The translations under genes and the position numbers were made by a program. The notes under the pieces were generated by a model. That model was given only the letters and a program-made list of their open reading frames with translations, ran no database searches and was not told the origin of the DNA. DNA of 64,000 bases, from the NCBI GenBank assembly GCA_977020255.1, contig CDROCS010000933.1, forward strand, positions 1-64,000, in the 5' to 3' direction. Below, piece by piece: positions 45,252-55,311 of the stretch (the first letter of the stretch is position 1; each line of letters starts with the position of its first letter). The stretch is from Obrimoposthia wandeli. Lineage: Eukaryota.

Positions 45252-45839
45252 CTAAGCACTTAAAACGTCGTATCCTTGTTGCTGCAGAATTTCCACTAAA
45301 CTAATTAACGGTAATCCGATCAAGGTATTTGGATCTTTACCTTCTAATTTAGAAAATAACGCAATACCAAGTCCTTCACACATAAAACTGCCTGCACAGT
45401 TATAAGGCTGCTCAGTTTCAAGATAGTAGCGAATTTGACTGCTCGTTAATGTTCTAAAGTGCACAATAAACTGTTCAACTATCGTATCTGTGCGACCTGT
45501 GCATTGATTTACAACAGAAAGCCCTGTGTAAAAAGTTATATTTTGTGCAGAAACGGCAGATAATTGTGCAAAAGCTGTTTCATAATTACCAGGTTTACCT
45601 ATTATTTTGTTATTTATGACACAAACCTGATCCGATCCGATAGATATTGAGTTACTATACGCACGACTGGCAGATTGAGCTTTTTCTAGTGCTAGGCGTG
45701 ATACAAGCATTTCAGCCGTTTCGTTTGGCTTGACGGTTTCATCAACTTTTGGGTTGAAGGTATCGAAAGGGCAGTTTAGTTTTTCTAAAATCTGTTTACG
45801 AAATGGCGATGTTGAAGCAAGGATTAGTTTAGGTTTCAT
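45252..45839 (-). CDS. yceF: Maf family nucleoside triphosphate pyrophosphatase (YceF)
   Basis: LILASTSPFR, IGSDQV, IIGKPG, CAGSF, GLPL; syntenic position. Confidence 0.9.
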   Translation of the reverse strand: MKPKLILASTSPFRKQILEKLNCPFDTFNPKVDETVKPNETAEMLVSRLALEKAQSASRAYSNSISIGSDQVCVINNKIIGKPGNYETAFAQLSAVSAQNITFYTGLSVVNQCTGRTDTIVEQFIVHFRTLTSSQIRYYLETEQPYNCAGSFMCEGLGIALFSKLEGKDPNTLIGLPLISLVEILQQQGYDVLSA

Positions 45840-45969
45840 GGTTTATCTATCATCAATTATTTAATTATTTGATGATTTTAACGCCAACTGACCTATTTTT
45901 GTAGGGAATTTCGATTTTTTTTCATTTTCCTTTGACTCTAACATGATGAATCTATATTATCCGCAACCT

Positions 45970-46491
45970 ATGAAAAAGGTAAAACTACCAGTAACTGTTG
46001 ATCCTTATCGTACCGCTCAACAAAGATTGGATTTCAGCACTTGTGTTGAAGGCAGTCTGTTGAAACGTATTACGGATGCAACAGCAGGTGAACCAAGTGA
46101 TGCAGATGTATCAATATCGTACAGCAAAGATGAACAAGGTCTTATAGTGATACAGGGTAACGTATCATTAACTGTAAACCTTGAATGTCAGCGCTGTGGT
46201 GAGATATTCACGCAAGCTTGTGACACCGAATTTAGATATAGTCCTGTGAAAAATGATTCCCAGGTCGACGATCTGCCAGATGCTTATGAGCCCATTGAAT
46301 TGGATGCAAATGGCGAAATAAATCAAATATCATTGATTGAAGATGAAGTGATTATCAATTTACCACTTGTTGCTTTGCACGAAGTGGAAGATTGTTCAGT
46401 GAATCCAAATGACATGAGTTTTGGTGAAATCGAGCCTGCTGATGAGCAGCCCAACCCATTTGCCGCTTTATCTGAATTAAAGCGCAAGTAA
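45970..46491 (+). CDS. yceD: 23S rRNA accumulation protein (DUF177)
   Basis: [32 protein letters not shown]. Confidence 0.92.
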   Translation: MKKVKLPVTVDPYRTAQQRLDFSTCVEGSLLKRITDATAGEPSDADVSISYSKDEQGLIVIQGNVSLTVNLECQRCGEIFTQACDTEFRYSPVKNDSQVDDLPDAYEPIELDANGEINQISLIEDEVIINLPLVALHEVEDCSVNPNDMSFGEIEPADEQPNPFAALSELKRK

Positions 46492-46507
46492 TCAGGAGTA
46501 TAGGCCA

Positions 46508-46678
46508 ATGGCTGTACAAAAAAGTAAAGTAACTCGCTCTCGCCGCGGTCAACGTCGTTCACATGACGCTCTAACTGCAGCAGCTACAACTGTTGACGTG
46601 ACTTCAGGTGAAACTCACCTACGTCACAACGTAACAGCTGATGGTTACTACAAAGGCGTTAAAGTAATTAACAAATAA
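46508..46678 (+). CDS. rpmF: 50S ribosomal protein L32 (missed by the ORF track, 56 aa)
   Basis: [56 protein letters not shown]. Confidence 0.96.
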   Translation: MAVQKSKVTRSRRGQRRSHDALTAAATTVDVTSGETHLRHNVTADGYYKGVKVINK

Positions 46679-46688
46679 GTTATTTACT

Positions 46689-47702
46689 TTGCCTAATCTA
46701 GCGATTGCGTTAGATGCCATGGGGGGCGATTTCGGTCCCCATGTCACTATCCCCGCCGCAATAAATATACTGAAAAAGTATAAACATCTCTCCCTTTACC
46801 TTGTCGGTAACGAAGCTGAAATAATCCCATTATTACAGAATGCTTCTGCGTCTATAAAATCTCGTTATACAATAATACCTAGTCTCGATGATATACCCAT
46901 GGATCTTGCTCCCGCTTTAGCGCTACGTAATTTTAAGCAATCCTCTATGCGTATGGCATTGAACCTTGTTCGTGAAGGCAATGCACAAGCATGTGTCAGT
47001 GCGGGTAATACCGGAGCCCTGATGGTGCTTTCTCGCCACTTGCTCAAAGTACTTCCGTTTGTTGATCGACCTGCACTTGTTTCTACTTTACCTTCGATGA
47101 CTAAACAGCCTGTTTATATGCTGGATTTGGGTGTCAATGTGAGTTGTGATGCTGATGCATTACTGCAATTTGCCTTGATGGGGTCTGCACTTGCTGAACA
47201 TGTCGGTAATATTCCGGCACCTCGTATCGCGTTACTTAATGTCGGCCAAGAAGACATTAAAGGTAATGACTTAGTTAAACATGCGGCGCAGTTACTTTCT
47301 AAACATCATAATCTAAACTATATTGGTTTTATTGAAGGGAATGATATTTTCTCAGGTAAAGCGGATGTCATCGTATGTGATGGTTTTACTGGTAATGTCG
47401 CACTTAAGACAAGTGAGGGTGTTGTTGACTTGGTTATTTCTCAATTAACATCTGTATCAAATAACAACATATTTACTAAATTATTATCATTATTGGTCAA
47501 ACCACTGATAATGAACAGTCTAAGACGTTTGAAACCCGACCAGTATAACGGCGCAACTTTGTTAGGATTAGCGGGTATTGTAATTAAGAGTCATGGTAAT
47601 GCTAAACAGCTTGCCTTTGAGTTTGCAATTGAACAGGCTGTAAAAGAAGTTGAAAGTGGATTAGTCAGTAAAATATCCACAAGTCTTGATGTAATTGATT
47701 AA
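46689..47702 (+). CDS. plsX: Phosphate acyltransferase
   Basis: IALDAMGGDFGP, SAGNTGA, DLGVN, VCDGFTGNVALK, KSHG; TTG start. Confidence 0.96.
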   Translation: MPNLAIALDAMGGDFGPHVTIPAAINILKKYKHLSLYLVGNEAEIIPLLQNASASIKSRYTIIPSLDDIPMDLAPALALRNFKQSSMRMALNLVREGNAQACVSAGNTGALMVLSRHLLKVLPFVDRPALVSTLPSMTKQPVYMLDLGVNVSCDADALLQFALMGSALAEHVGNIPAPRIALLNVGQEDIKGNDLVKHAAQLLSKHHNLNYIGFIEGNDIFSGKADVIVCDGFTGNVALKTSEGVVDLVISQLTSVSNNNIFTKLLSLLVKPLIMNSLRRLKPDQYNGATLLGLAGIVIKSHGNAKQLAFEFAIEQAVKEVESGLVSKISTSLDVID

Positions 47703-47834
47703 GATTCAATTTTTGTAATTTAATTTGCCTCTTCTCTTGAAAAATTCGACCAATATCCTCATATTACTTTCTAGTTAGATAAGTTCATTTTCACATTGAT
47801 ACATGAATCTTTATTAATTTTTTATAGGTAATTT

Positions 47835-48758
47835 ATGTCAAAGTACGCAGTAGTATTCCCAGGTCAAGGTTCACAAACAATTGGTATGCTTGCAGACCTA
47901 GCTTCAGATCATCCGGTTGTAGAACAGACGTTTTCACAAGCAAGTGAAATTCTTGGTTATGACCTATGGGATTTAGTGCAAAATGGAACAGTTGAAGAAT
48001 TAAGCCAAACACAAATCACGCAACCTGCATTATTGGCTACCTCTGTTGCATTGTGGCGAATCGCCGCTGCGAAAGAAAGTTTTAAACCAGCACTCGTTGC
48101 TGGTCATAGTTTAGGTGAATATTCAGCATTAGTTTGTGCTGGTGTGATTAAATTTGAAGATGCAATCGCACTTGTTGAATTACGTGGCGAATTAATGCAA
48201 CAAGCGGTACCAAAAGGTATTGGTGCGATGGCAGCTGTTATTGGCTTAGATAACGATGCAATCATTGCGGCTTGTGAAAAAGCGGCAGAAGCTGAAGTTG
48301 TTGCCGCTGTAAACTTTAACTCTCCTGGTCAAGTTGTGATCGCGGGTAATAAAGCGGCCGTTTCTCGTGCATCTGCATTGTGTGTTGAAGCCGGCGCTCG
48401 ACGTGTAATGCCGTTGCCAGTTAGCGTACCGTCTCATTGTGCATTGATGAAACCAGCGGCTGATGAATTAAAAATGGCATTAGAAAAAGTGACTTTTAAT
48501 ACGCCTGTCATCAAATTGATTAACAATGTAGATGTGGCAGCGCCAGTAGACGCCGACAGTATTAAAGACGCCCTTGTTCGTCAACTTTATATGCCAGTAC
48601 GCTGGACTGAAGTGATTGAATTAATGGCACAAGAAGAGATCACCGCATTATATGAATTTGGACCTGGTAAAGTATTAACAGGCCTTGTTAAACGTATTGA
48701 TAAAACTATCACAGGTAGTGCAGTTAATAATCAAGCAACTATTGCTGATTTTGCATAG
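47835..48758 (+). CDS. fabD: Malonyl CoA-ACP transacylase
   Basis: FPGQGSQ, GHSLGEY, VSVPSHC, EFGPG. Confidence 0.97.
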   Translation: MSKYAVVFPGQGSQTIGMLADLASDHPVVEQTFSQASEILGYDLWDLVQNGTVEELSQTQITQPALLATSVALWRIAAAKESFKPALVAGHSLGEYSALVCAGVIKFEDAIALVELRGELMQQAVPKGIGAMAAVIGLDNDAIIAACEKAAEAEVVAAVNFNSPGQVVIAGNKAAVSRASALCVEAGARRVMPLPVSVPSHCALMKPAADELKMALEKVTFNTPVIKLINNVDVAAPVDADSIKDALVRQLYMPVRWTEVIELMAQEEITALYEFGPGKVLTGLVKRIDKTITGSAVNNQATIADFA

Positions 48759-48775
48759 ACAGTAGGAATAAATAA

Positions 48776-49510
48776 ATGAGTTTTTCAAGTAAAACAGTAC
48801 TCGTTACAGGCGCAAGCCGTGGTATTGGTCGCGCAATCGCGGAACATTTTGCAAAGTTAGGTGCCAAAGTTATTGGTACTGCTACTTCTGCACAAGGTGC
48901 TGAGCGTATTGGCGCATATTTAGGCGATGCCGGTTTTGGTTTAGAACTTAACGTGACAAGCCAAGATTCGGTGGATGCATTGTATGCTGAAATCAAAACC
49001 CAAGTAGGGCACATTGATATTCTAGTGAATAACGCTGGTATTACAGCGGATAATCTCTTCTTGCGTATGAAAGAAGATGAATGGTGTAATGTTATTGATA
49101 CTAACTTGACCTCGTTATATCGTCTATGTAAGCCTTGCTTACGTGGCATGATGAAACAACGTTTTGGTCGTATTATTAATATCGGTTCAGTTGTCGGTTC
49201 TACAGGTAACGGTGGCCAAGCAAACTACGCCGCTGCCAAGTCTGGTCTGTTAGGTTTTACTAAGTCACTTGCAAGTGAAGTTGCGTCTCGCGGCATTACT
49301 GTTAATGCAGTTGCACCTGGTTTTATCGAAACGGATATGACTGCTGAGTTAACAGAAGAACAAAAACAAACAATATTAGCTCAAGTACCAACCAGTCGTC
49401 TTGGTAGTACAAATGAGATAGCTGAAACTGTTGGATTTTTAGCATCTGATGGTGCAAGCTATATTACGGGTGAAACCATCCACGTAAACGGCGGCATGTA
49501 CATGGCTTAG
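48776..49510 (+). CDS. fabG: 3-oxoacyl-ACP reductase
   Basis: TGASRGIG, NNAGIT, YAAAK, HVNGGMYM. Confidence 0.97.
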   Translation: MSFSSKTVLVTGASRGIGRAIAEHFAKLGAKVIGTATSAQGAERIGAYLGDAGFGLELNVTSQDSVDALYAEIKTQVGHIDILVNNAGITADNLFLRMKEDEWCNVIDTNLTSLYRLCKPCLRGMMKQRFGRIINIGSVVGSTGNGGQANYAAAKSGLLGFTKSLASEVASRGITVNAVAPGFIETDMTAELTEEQKQTILAQVPTSRLGSTNEIAETVGFLASDGASYITGETIHVNGGMYMA

Positions 49511-49651
49511 CCATTTATATTTGATTTTGTTTGTAAATTTGCGATCTTTTTCACCAATCGTGGTTTGACCACCGAGTTAAGGCTTGCAAGTTTATGAGTA
49601 ATCAATAAACTACTAATCAAAGTATTATATATTTTTCAAAGGAAAGTAAAA

Positions 49652-49888
49652 ATGAGTAACTTCGAAGAACGCGTAAAAAAAATCATTATCGAACAACTTG
49701 GTGTTAAAGAAGAAGAAGTTAAAAACGCAGCTTCTTTTGTTGATGACCTAGGTGCTGATTCTCTAGATACAGTTGAACTTGTTATGGCTCTAGAAGAAGA
49801 ATTCGATACAGATATCCCAGATGATGAAGCAGAGAAAATCACTACTGTTCAAGCTGCAATCGACTACGTTGTTTCTAGCGCTGAATAA
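49652..49888 (+). CDS. acpP: Acyl carrier protein
   Basis: [14 protein letters not shown]. Confidence 0.98.
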   Translation: MSNFEERVKKIIIEQLGVKEEEVKNAASFVDDLGADSLDTVELVMALEEEFDTDIPDDEAEKITTVQAAIDYVVSSAE

Positions 49889-49956
49889 TTCAGCTGATTA
49901 GTTCTCTCTGAGAAAAAATCAAGTTAAAGTAATTATCATAATTACTTATAAATTTT

Positions 49957-49985
49957 AAAAGCGGTCGCAAGACCGCTTTTTTTTT
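49957..49985 (+). terminator. Intrinsic terminator between acpP and fabF
   Basis: GCGGTC-GCAA-GACCGC-T9. Confidence 0.85.
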
Positions 49986-50004
49986 GCCTATTTGGAGAAC
50001 GAGT

Positions 50005-51252
50005 GTGGCTAATAATAGAAGAGTTGTAATTACAGGATTAGGAATTGTTTCACCGGTTGGCAACACTATTGCCACGTCATGGGAAGCGATTAAATCAGGT
50101 ACCAGCGGCATTGAAAATATTGAGCACTTTGATACCACTAACTTTTCAACAAAATTTGCTGGCTTAGTTAATGATTTTGACGCTGAAGCGGTGGGTATTA
50201 ATCGTAAAGATTGTCGTAAAATGGATTTATTTATCCAGTACGGAATCGTTGCAGCGGAACAAGCACTAAAAGATTCTGGTTTAGTCATTACTGAACAAAA
50301 TGCAACCCGTGTGGGTACTGCTATCGGTTCTGGTATTGGTGGACTGGGTCTGATTGAGCAAAATGTCCATAATTTTGCTAAAGGTGGCGCACGTAAAGTG
50401 AGTCCATTCTTCGTACCATCAACAATTGTTAATATGGTTGCTGGACACGTTTCAATTCGTAATAATCTTAAAGGGCCAAACATTGCGATTGCAACAGCAT
50501 GTACTTCAGGTACGCATTGTATAGGTCAATCGGCACGTATGATTGCATACGGCGATGCTGATGTGATGGTTGCCGGTGGTGCTGAAAAAGGGTCTACCGA
50601 AATGGGTATGGCTGGTTTTGGTGCCGCAAAAGCGCTATCAACTCGAAACGATGAGCCACAAAGAGCAAGTCGACCTTGGGATAAAGACCGTGACGGTTTT
50701 GTACTCGGTGATGGCGCGGGTGTATTAGTGATGGAAGAGTATGAGCACGCCGTTGCTCGTGGTGCGACTATTTATGCCGAGTTAGTTGGCTTTGGCATGA
50801 GTGGCGATGCATTTCACATGACGTCACCACCAGAAGACGGTGCCGGCGCTGCGTTATCAATGAATAATGCGATTGCAGATGCAGGTATTACTGCTGATCA
50901 AGTGGGTTATGTAAATGCCCATGGCACATCAACTCATGCTGGTGATAACGCCGAAACTGCGGCTGTTAAATCAGTGTTTGGCGATCATGCTTATAAACTT
51001 GCTGTTAGTTCAACAAAATCAATGACTGGTCATCTTTTAGGGGCTGCTGGTGCAATTGAAGCGATTTTCACCATCCTAGCATTAAAAGATCAAATATTAC
51101 CGCCAACGATTAACTTGGATAACCCGAGTGAAGGTTGTGATCTTGATTATGTGACTGATGGTGCTCGCCCTGTGAGCATGGAATACGCATTATCTAACTC
51201 ATTTGGTTTTGGCGGCACGAACGGCTCGCTATTATTTAAAAAAGCCGATTAA
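50005..51252 (+). CDS. fabF: Beta-ketoacyl-ACP synthase II
   Basis: [28 protein letters not shown]; GTG 50005 follows GGAG. Confidence 0.95.
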   Translation: MANNRRVVITGLGIVSPVGNTIATSWEAIKSGTSGIENIEHFDTTNFSTKFAGLVNDFDAEAVGINRKDCRKMDLFIQYGIVAAEQALKDSGLVITEQNATRVGTAIGSGIGGLGLIEQNVHNFAKGGARKVSPFFVPSTIVNMVAGHVSIRNNLKGPNIAIATACTSGTHCIGQSARMIAYGDADVMVAGGAEKGSTEMGMAGFGAAKALSTRNDEPQRASRPWDKDRDGFVLGDGAGVLVMEEYEHAVARGATIYAELVGFGMSGDAFHMTSPPEDGAGAALSMNNAIADAGITADQVGYVNAHGTSTHAGDNAETAAVKSVFGDHAYKLAVSSTKSMTGHLLGAAGAIEAIFTILALKDQILPPTINLDNPSEGCDLDYVTDGARPVSMEYALSNSFGFGGTNGSLLFKKAD

Positions 51253-51278
51253 TACGTGTTTTTCGTTATTTGATATTC

Positions 51279-51310
51279 ACATGCAAGGTGATTAAAGCCA
51301 CCTTGCATGT
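51279..51310. terminator. Hairpin after fabF (terminator or stabiliser)
   Basis: ACATGCAAGGTG-N8-CACCTTGCATGT, a perfect 12-bp stem. Confidence 0.55.
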
Positions 51311-51368
51311 ATCAAACATTTTTTCATTGGTGTAAAATGTGCGCTGGATTTCATTTACGCATTGAGCT

Positions 51369-52367
51369 ATGAAAAAAATAATTACGGCTATTTCCTTACT
51401 GTTTACCATCCTATTAATTGCATGCGCACTTTTCTATTCTCGCTATCAATCTTTTGTGTCTGTTGAACGCGTTCAAACTGAACATGTTTTGACGGTTGCG
51501 TCGGGTGATACTGCACAATCAATTGCTAATAGCCTGATTGTAGATCAGGATTTTGAATCAAAAGTATTTTTGCGGTTATTCTTCAAACAGCACCCGTCTA
51601 CAACCAATATCAAGCTTGGTTCTTACAAAGTGACTGCTGGTTGGGATTTTAAAACCTTATTTGAACATCTTGTCTCTGGCGATGAATTCCAACACAAAAT
51701 CACCTTTATTGAAGGTTCAACATTCAAAGAATGGCGAAAGCAGTTATCACAGGCTTCAGGCGTTATTGACGATACCGCTGATTTATCTGAACAAGAAATT
51801 GCACAGTTATTAAATATAGATAACCCTAAACTCGAGGGTTTAATGCTGCCTGAGACCTATTTTTATCCTGAAGGCACATTAGTGTCAGCGCTGTATCTTA
51901 AGTCTCATAAAAAATTACAGGCTTATTTAAATGAAGTGTGGGAAACAAGAGATAAGAAATTACCGCTGAAAAGCCCATACGAAGCTTTGATACTTGCTTC
52001 TATTATTGAAAAAGAAACAGGCTTAGAAAGCGAAAGAACAACCGTTGGCTCCGTATTCATCAATCGTTTGAATAAAAGAATGCGTTTGCAAACAGACCCA
52101 ACTGTTATTTATGGTATGGGCGATGACTATAAAGGTAACATCCGTCGTAAGCATTTACGCCAAAGAACAGATTACAATACGTACGTGATCAGAGGTTTAC
52201 CACCAACGCCAATCGCTATGGTGGGTAAAACATCGATCGATGCCGCATTACACCCAGCAACGACAAGTTATTTGTATTTTGTTGCGAGTGGCGATGGCGG
52301 TCACTATTTTTCAAAGAATTTGAAAGAACACAACCGAGCTGTTCGTAAATACATTTTAAAGAAATAA
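51369..52367 (+). CDS. mltG: Endolytic transglycosylase
   Basis: [30 protein letters not shown]. Confidence 0.95.
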   Translation: MKKIITAISLLFTILLIACALFYSRYQSFVSVERVQTEHVLTVASGDTAQSIANSLIVDQDFESKVFLRLFFKQHPSTTNIKLGSYKVTAGWDFKTLFEHLVSGDEFQHKITFIEGSTFKEWRKQLSQASGVIDDTADLSEQEIAQLLNIDNPKLEGLMLPETYFYPEGTLVSALYLKSHKKLQAYLNEVWETRDKKLPLKSPYEALILASIIEKETGLESERTTVGSVFINRLNKRMRLQTDPTVIYGMGDDYKGNIRRKHLRQRTDYNTYVIRGLPPTPIAMVGKTSIDAALHPATTSYLYFVASGDGGHYFSKNLKEHNRAVRKYILKK

Positions 52368-52383
52368 ATTGAAGAGAGTTATT

Positions 52384-53028
52384 GTGCAAGCAAAATTTTT
52401 AGTAATCGAAGGCCTTGAAGGCGCAGGTAAAAGTACCGCAGTGAACACTGTCATTAATTGGCTGGCAGAGCAGGGCATCACCGATGTGATCACCACACGT
52501 GAACCGGGCGGCACAAAGTTAGCCGAGAAAATGCGTGCTATTGTTAAAGACGTGGATACAGATGAACCATTGACTGAATCAGCAGAGTTAATGTTGATGT
52601 ATGCAGCTCGCGCTCAATTAGTTGAAAATGTCATTAAGCCAGCATTAGCAAAAGGCCAATGGGTTGTTGGCGATCGCCATGACCTTTCCTCTATTGCTTA
52701 TCAAGGTGGTGGTCGCGGTTTTGATATTGGTGTATTGAATACATTACGCCACGTTGCGATTGGTGACTTCAAACCAGATGTGACGTTATTATTAGATATC
52801 GACCCTGCAGTTGGTTTAGAACGTGCAAAAGTACGTGGAGAGTTAGATCGCATTGAGCTAGAGCAATTGTCTTTCTTCCAGCGAATTGGTGCTAAATACC
52901 AAGAACTTGCTGCCGCAGATGACAGTATTTATAGTGTTGATGCAGGTCAGGATATTGATAATGTGCAATTACAAATTCGTGACGTGTTAGCGGCTAATGT
53001 TGATTGTCATCATCACAATGCAGATTAA
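52384..53028 (+). CDS. tmk: dTMP kinase
   Basis: [33 protein letters not shown]; GTG 52384 is preferred. Confidence 0.97.
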   Translation: MQAKFLVIEGLEGAGKSTAVNTVINWLAEQGITDVITTREPGGTKLAEKMRAIVKDVDTDEPLTESAELMLMYAARAQLVENVIKPALAKGQWVVGDRHDLSSIAYQGGGRGFDIGVLNTLRHVAIGDFKPDVTLLLDIDPAVGLERAKVRGELDRIELEQLSFFQRIGAKYQELAAADDSIYSVDAGQDIDNVQLQIRDVLAANVDCHHHNAD

Positions 53029-53031
53029 TTG

Positions 53032-54003
53032 ATGCTATATCCTTGGTTACTACCTCATTGGGAAAAACAGCAAACGCAAATGACTGCCGGTCGTATGCAT
53101 CATGCGTTGTTTATTACCAGTGCTAGCGGCATGGGCAAGTTGTCATTTGCACAGACCCTCGCACAAACCTTGTTATGCAAAGAACCTGTCTGTTGGGAAC
53201 CTTGTCATCAATGCCATCCTTGTCAATTATTTGAAACCAGTGTGCACCCTGATTATTATCTGGTTGCCACCGAACCCGGTAAAATTATTGGTGTTGATCA
53301 AATAAGACAGATCAGTCAGAAATTAAATGAATATTCACAGCTGGCTGGTAATAAAGTGGTGATTATCGAGCATGCTGAAAGCTTTAATTTAGCATCTGCG
53401 AACGCGTTACTTAAAACATTAGAAGAACCGAGTGACGGTAGCTATATTATTTTGCTTGCCGAAAATAAAGCGCAAGTTTTGCCAACTATTTATAGCCGTT
53501 GTCAGAAGCTGCACCTGCCTGCACCTCCAGAACTGGAGACGCTTTCATGGTTACAGCAACAGTTTCCGATAGAAAGTCCAACACTGACGTCTATCCGTAT
53601 TAATCACGGCGCACCTTTACACACATTAAGTTATTTAAATAACGGTGATGATGATTTACGTAAAGAGATATTCGCTAACATTTCGCTGTTAACACAACAG
53701 CCAGCAGCGATCACCCGACTATGTGAAATCATTTCTGACCGTACATTAGAAAAACTGTCTTGGTTACAATTTATCTTAATTGATTTACAAAAAGTAAATC
53801 GAGGGGTAAGCATTGATTACATAGTGAATACCGATCAACTTGAATGGTTAACGCATTTTTCAACGCAATTATCACAAGATAAAATTACTCAACTACAATC
53901 AGAATTAACAGAGCTTCGTGAGTTATTAATGAAAAATAATAATTTAACCGCTGAAACTTTAGTCCTGTCCTTTTTGATTAAACTTAAAAGATTCATAAAT
54001 TAA
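53032..54003 (+). CDS. holB: DNA polymerase III delta' subunit
   Basis: YPWL, Zn ribbon CHQCHPC, HPD, ANALLKTLEEP, SRC-like TIYSRCQ. Confidence 0.95.
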   Translation: MLYPWLLPHWEKQQTQMTAGRMHHALFITSASGMGKLSFAQTLAQTLLCKEPVCWEPCHQCHPCQLFETSVHPDYYLVATEPGKIIGVDQIRQISQKLNEYSQLAGNKVVIIEHAESFNLASANALLKTLEEPSDGSYIILLAENKAQVLPTIYSRCQKLHLPAPPELETLSWLQQQFPIESPTLTSIRINHGAPLHTLSYLNNGDDDLRKEIFANISLLTQQPAAITRLCEIISDRTLEKLSWLQFILIDLQKVNRGVSIDYIVNTDQLEWLTHFSTQLSQDKITQLQSELTELRELLMKNNNLTAETLVLSFLIKLKRFIN

Positions 54004-54004
54004 T

Positions 54005-54778
54005 ATGCTAGTAGATTCTCATTGCCATTTAGATGGTCTAAATTACGATACCATTCACACCGATCTTGCAGACGTTGTTAACAAAGCAACAGAGCGCGGT
54101 GTGTCGCATTTATTAAGTGTGTCAGTGACACTGCCGCGCTTTAAAACCATGATTGAGTTGATTGCTGACTTCGATAATATTCATGCCTCATGTGGTGTGC
54201 ATCCACTAAACCTTGAAGACGAATACGAAAAATCAGAGTTATTGGCGCTAGCTGGTAATGAAAAAGTGGTGGCGATTGGTGAAACCGGTTTAGATTATTT
54301 CTATTCACCTGAAAATAAAGATATCCAGCAAGCGTCATTTCGAAACCATATCCAAGTTGCGATTGAGCTTAAAAAACCACTGATTATTCATACGCGTGGT
54401 GCAGTTGATGATACGATCCGTATCTTGAAAGAAGAAGGCGCAGAAAAAATCGGTGGTGTTATCCATTGTTTTACTGAGTCTGATGCGATGGCTGCTGCAG
54501 TATTGGAAATGGGCTTTTATATCTCTATATCGGGTATTGTGACGTTCAAATCAGCTAAAGACCTGCAAGCCGTGGTTAAAACGATTCCCGCTGACAGGTT
54601 GCTAGTAGAAACGGATTCACCATACTTAGCGCCTGTGCCATATCGCGGTAAAGAAAACCAACCAGCTTATGTGCGTGCTGTCGCCGAGTTTGTTGCCGAG
54701 CTACGCGGTGTAAGCTTTGCTGAACTCGCTGCAACAACAACAGAGAACTACTTCACGCTGTTTAACGCGAAAAAGTAA
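54005..54778 (+). CDS. ycfH: TatD family (YcfH) deoxyribonuclease
   Basis: DSHCH, GETGLD, IHTR, HCF, ETDSPYL. Confidence 0.92.
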   Translation: MLVDSHCHLDGLNYDTIHTDLADVVNKATERGVSHLLSVSVTLPRFKTMIELIADFDNIHASCGVHPLNLEDEYEKSELLALAGNEKVVAIGETGLDYFYSPENKDIQQASFRNHIQVAIELKKPLIIHTRGAVDDTIRILKEEGAEKIGGVIHCFTESDAMAAAVLEMGFYISISGIVTFKSAKDLQAVVKTIPADRLLVETDSPYLAPVPYRGKENQPAYVRAVAEFVAELRGVSFAELAATTTENYFTLFNAKK

Positions 54779-54994
54779 TTTGAGGTAGAGATTGAAATCA
54801 CGCTCTACTTTTGACGAAAGAGTGGAATGTGGTATTATCACCACCAATTATGGCGACATACAATAATTTTCGAGTTTCAGTTCGATAAATTATCAGTACC
54901 ATTATTATAAATAACAGCACTATTTCTATAAATATCAGTACTATCTCGATATTCGTGTGACGACTATCGAATTCAATTATTATTTGGAGGCATT

Positions 54995-55246
54995 TTGGCC
55001 CACCTAGTTACCTATACTTATAAAAAACAAGATAAGAAAATTCCATTTTCATACCGACAGTTTCACCACATCTATGAAGCGGCGGCTGCAGAAGAAGGCA
55101 TCGACTTAACGCAATATATGATGATGGAAAAACAAGTTGAAGATGTCTCGAAAGGGACTAAATCAGTAAGAGAATTTCGTAAAAATCATTTTACTAAATT
55201 AGGTTTCAGTAACGTTTGGTTTATTAAAGACGGTATTGAAGACTAG
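54995..55246 (+). CDS. DUF2960-like small protein
   Basis: TTG start after GGAGG; TYTYK...FSY...IYEAAAAEEGIDLT...FTKLGF resembles Vibrionaceae DUF2960. Confidence 0.65.
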   Translation: MAHLVTYTYKKQDKKIPFSYRQFHHIYEAAAAEEGIDLTQYMMMEKQVEDVSKGTKSVREFRKNHFTKLGFSNVWFIKDGIED

Positions 55247-55260
55247 TTAGCGTGAAATAA

Positions 55261-55298
55261 ATAGGTGGTCAACTATATACGTCTATAGGACCACCTAT
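55261..55298. terminator. Hairpin between convergent genes
   Basis: ATAGGTGGTC...GACCACCTAT. Confidence 0.6.
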
Positions 55299-55311
55299 TA
55301 AACAACACCTA

